Of a stretch of 64,000 nucleotides of DNA, positions 61,724-64,000 are shown piece by piece (positions within the stretch are counted from its first letter, which is position 1; each line of letters begins with the position of its first letter). The stretch is from Squalus acanthias (Eukaryota). The stretch covers positions 62,496,001 through 62,560,000 of the forward strand of contig CM059441.1 in NCBI GenBank assembly GCA_030390025.1, in the 5' to 3' direction. The notes beneath the pieces are model-generated. The model was not told the DNA's origin, ran no database searches, and worked only from the letters and a program-made list of their open reading frames with translations. A program made the translations under genes and the position numbers.

Positions 61724-62789
61724 CTGAGGAGAGAAATATCAATATTTAGCACTGGACGGTTTGTCACTCAACTAGACTCGCTATCCACTCCCTCCGACAC
61801 TGGCGTATAGTGGCTGCAGTGTGTACCATCTACAGGACAAGGAAGGAACTCACCAAGGTTACTCAATGGATGGAAGGGATTCCTGGACACGGGAGTGGAG
61901 AAGTTTGTTCTATATTTTGGTCACTGACCTCAGGACCCTGTTTAGTGAAGCAAGTCTTCCACCCAACGCAATGCCTGCAATAGAGATGTATTCTGCACTG
62001 CTTTACAAGGCAGGAACAATGGATTAGGAGCACTCATAACTCACACCATTATCTCCATCATGAATCACTGAATAGTGTAAACGATTATTTTGCTCTACAA
62101 CCCATCTGATCCGCTAAGGTGATTGTCTACTTGCTGTACTTTGGATCTTCATTGTCTAGGGAATCACTTTGGATCTTCCTTGTCTAAGGGATTATTTTAG
62201 ATACAAAACCAGTGTTGTCGTAGTTTGATTCCAAAACAGCATTGTAGACTGACTTGTCCCCAAGTACAGTACTGACCCCACTGCAGCAGACACTTTGGGC
62301 TGGATTTTGTCTTGGGGTCGGGTTGGGGTCGTGTCATCCGCATTTCGTGTCCCCCCCCCCCGACTCCAGATTAATGTGGCTGAATGATGCAATTTTGACT
62401 TAATTGGGCAATTGAGTTCCAGCATGTGGGAACCCATGAACTAATTAGTGGTTTCAGTCTGAAAGTCGCCTCTGATGATGTCATCATTGCTGCTGCCTGG
62501 TTTCAGAGACTGACTGGATGTTGGTGAGAGAGGACCTGCCTGGCTTTTTGCTGTGAGTGGACGAGAGAGAGAGATAGAGATAGAGAGAGTGAGTCCAAGT
62601 CCTCTCACACCAAATGCCATGCAGTCTCTGAAGACATTCAATGCAGCAGCATCACAGGCGACTTTCACACCTTAGGGAAGGATATACTTGTTCCCTGCTC
62701 CTGTACAATATTCTTCATTTCATAGGAAAGAAAGAGGAACTTAATTCATAGAATCATACAGCACAGAAGGAGTCCATTTGGCCCATCGT

Positions 62790-63425
62790 ACATTGGCTCC
62801 CGGTCCGGCAACGCCTCAAATTTAAAATCCTCATCCTCGTTCTCCGCCACAAACTCCGTTCTCTAGCCACCGACTTCAGCCCTCTCCCAACATCTGTCTG
62901 AGGCTGAACCAGACCGTTCGCAACCTTGGTGTCATATTTCACCCTGAAATGAGCTTCTGACCACATATCCGTGCCATAACTAAGACCTCCTATTTCCACC
63001 TCCATAACATCACCCGTCTCCGCCCCTGCCTCAGCTCATCCACTGCTGAAACCCTCATCCATGCCTTTGTTACCTCTAGACTTGACTATTCCAAGGCACT
63101 CCTGGCTGGCCTCCCACGTTCTACCCTACGTAAACTTGAGGTCATCCAAAGCTTGGCTGCCCGTGACCTAACTCGCAACAAATCCAATTCACCCATCAAA
63201 CCTGTGCTCGCTGACCTACATTGGCTGCTGGTTAAGCAATGCCGCGATTTTAAAATTCTCATCCTTGTTTTCAAATCCCTCCATGGCCTCGCCCCTCACT
63301 ATCTCTGTAATCTCCTCCAGCCCAACAACCTACCTCTGTGACCAAGCTTTTGGTCATCTGACCTAATTTCTCCTTATGTGGCTCAGGGTCAAATTTTGTT
63401 TTATAACACCCCTGTGAAGCGCCTT
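62790..63425 (+). mobile_element. L2-like LINE fragments
   Basis: ETLIHAFVTSRLDYS..PVLADLHWL..FKILILVFKSLHGLAP. Confidence 0.85.
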
Positions 63426-63429
63426 AAAA

Positions 63430-64000
63430 ACATAAGAACATAAGAAATAGGAGCAGGAATTGGCCCCTCGAGCCTGCTCCACCATTCAATAAGATTATGG
63501 CTGATCTAGGGCTCAAAGCCACTTCAAAGCCCGCTCCCCATAACCCTTCACTCCCTTATCTTGCAAAAATTTGTCTATCTCCACTTTAAATGTATTTAAT
63601 GACCCAGCCTCCACAGCTCTCTGGTGCAGAGAATTCCACAAATTTACGACCCTCTGAGAGAAGAAGTTCCTCCTTATCTCAGTTCTAAAAGGGCGACCCT
63701 TTATTCTGAGACTGTGCCCCCGAGTTCTAGATTACCCCATGAGGGAAAACATCCTCTCTGCATCTACCCTGTCGAACCCCCTCAGTATTTTATATGTTTC
63801 GTTAAGATCACCTCTCATTCTTCTAAATTCCAATGAGTATAGGCCCAGCCGGCTCAACCTTTCCTCATAAGTCAAACCCCTCATCTCTGGAATTAACCTA
63901 GTGAATCGTCTCTGAACTGCCTCCAATGCAAGTATATCCTTCCTTATATAAGGAGACCAAAACTGTACGCAGTACTAAAGGTGTGGTCTCACCAATACCT
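63430..64000 (-). mobile_element. CR1 LINE 3' end, continuing beyond the window
   Basis: EAVQRRFTRLIPEMRGL..LEFRRMRGDL; 3' UTR with CATAAGAA tail repeats. Confidence 0.92.

Overview
Vertebrate genomic DNA, most likely a cartilaginous fish (inferred from the repeat set: HER1-type CR1 LINEs, a HE1/V-SINE and many Deu-domain SINEs). It is very repeat-rich and has one 500-N scaffold gap (39129-39628). The core is a cluster of Siglec-like (sialic-acid-binding Ig lectin; CD33/MAG/CD22 family) genes, with five loci reconstructed by hand from splice sites and exon phases. Gene A (+, ~20040-37460) is leader-V-C2-C2-TM, with a tandem duplication of the last C2 and TM exons. Gene B (-, ~41300-57890) is an inverted paralogue with a 2-bp frameshift in its third Ig exon. 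Pseudogene C (-, 59392-61723) is disabled. A second-subfamily gene D (-) has its leader exon at 2275-2334 and runs off the left edge. Its decayed inverted twin, psi-E (+, ~14108-17939), keeps half a V domain. Two inverted duplications organise the window, one centred exactly on the gap, so its adjacency needs checking. Other notable items are replacement changes concentrated in the glycan-binding V domain, no clear in-frame ITIM, Harbinger-like elements keeping only the Myb/SANT gene, and a 33-bp minisatellite seeded repeatedly inside one SINE family. Most ORF-track entries are repeat artefacts. I see no wholly new biological system; the best candidate for novelty is a rapidly rearranging Siglec cluster in this lineage.
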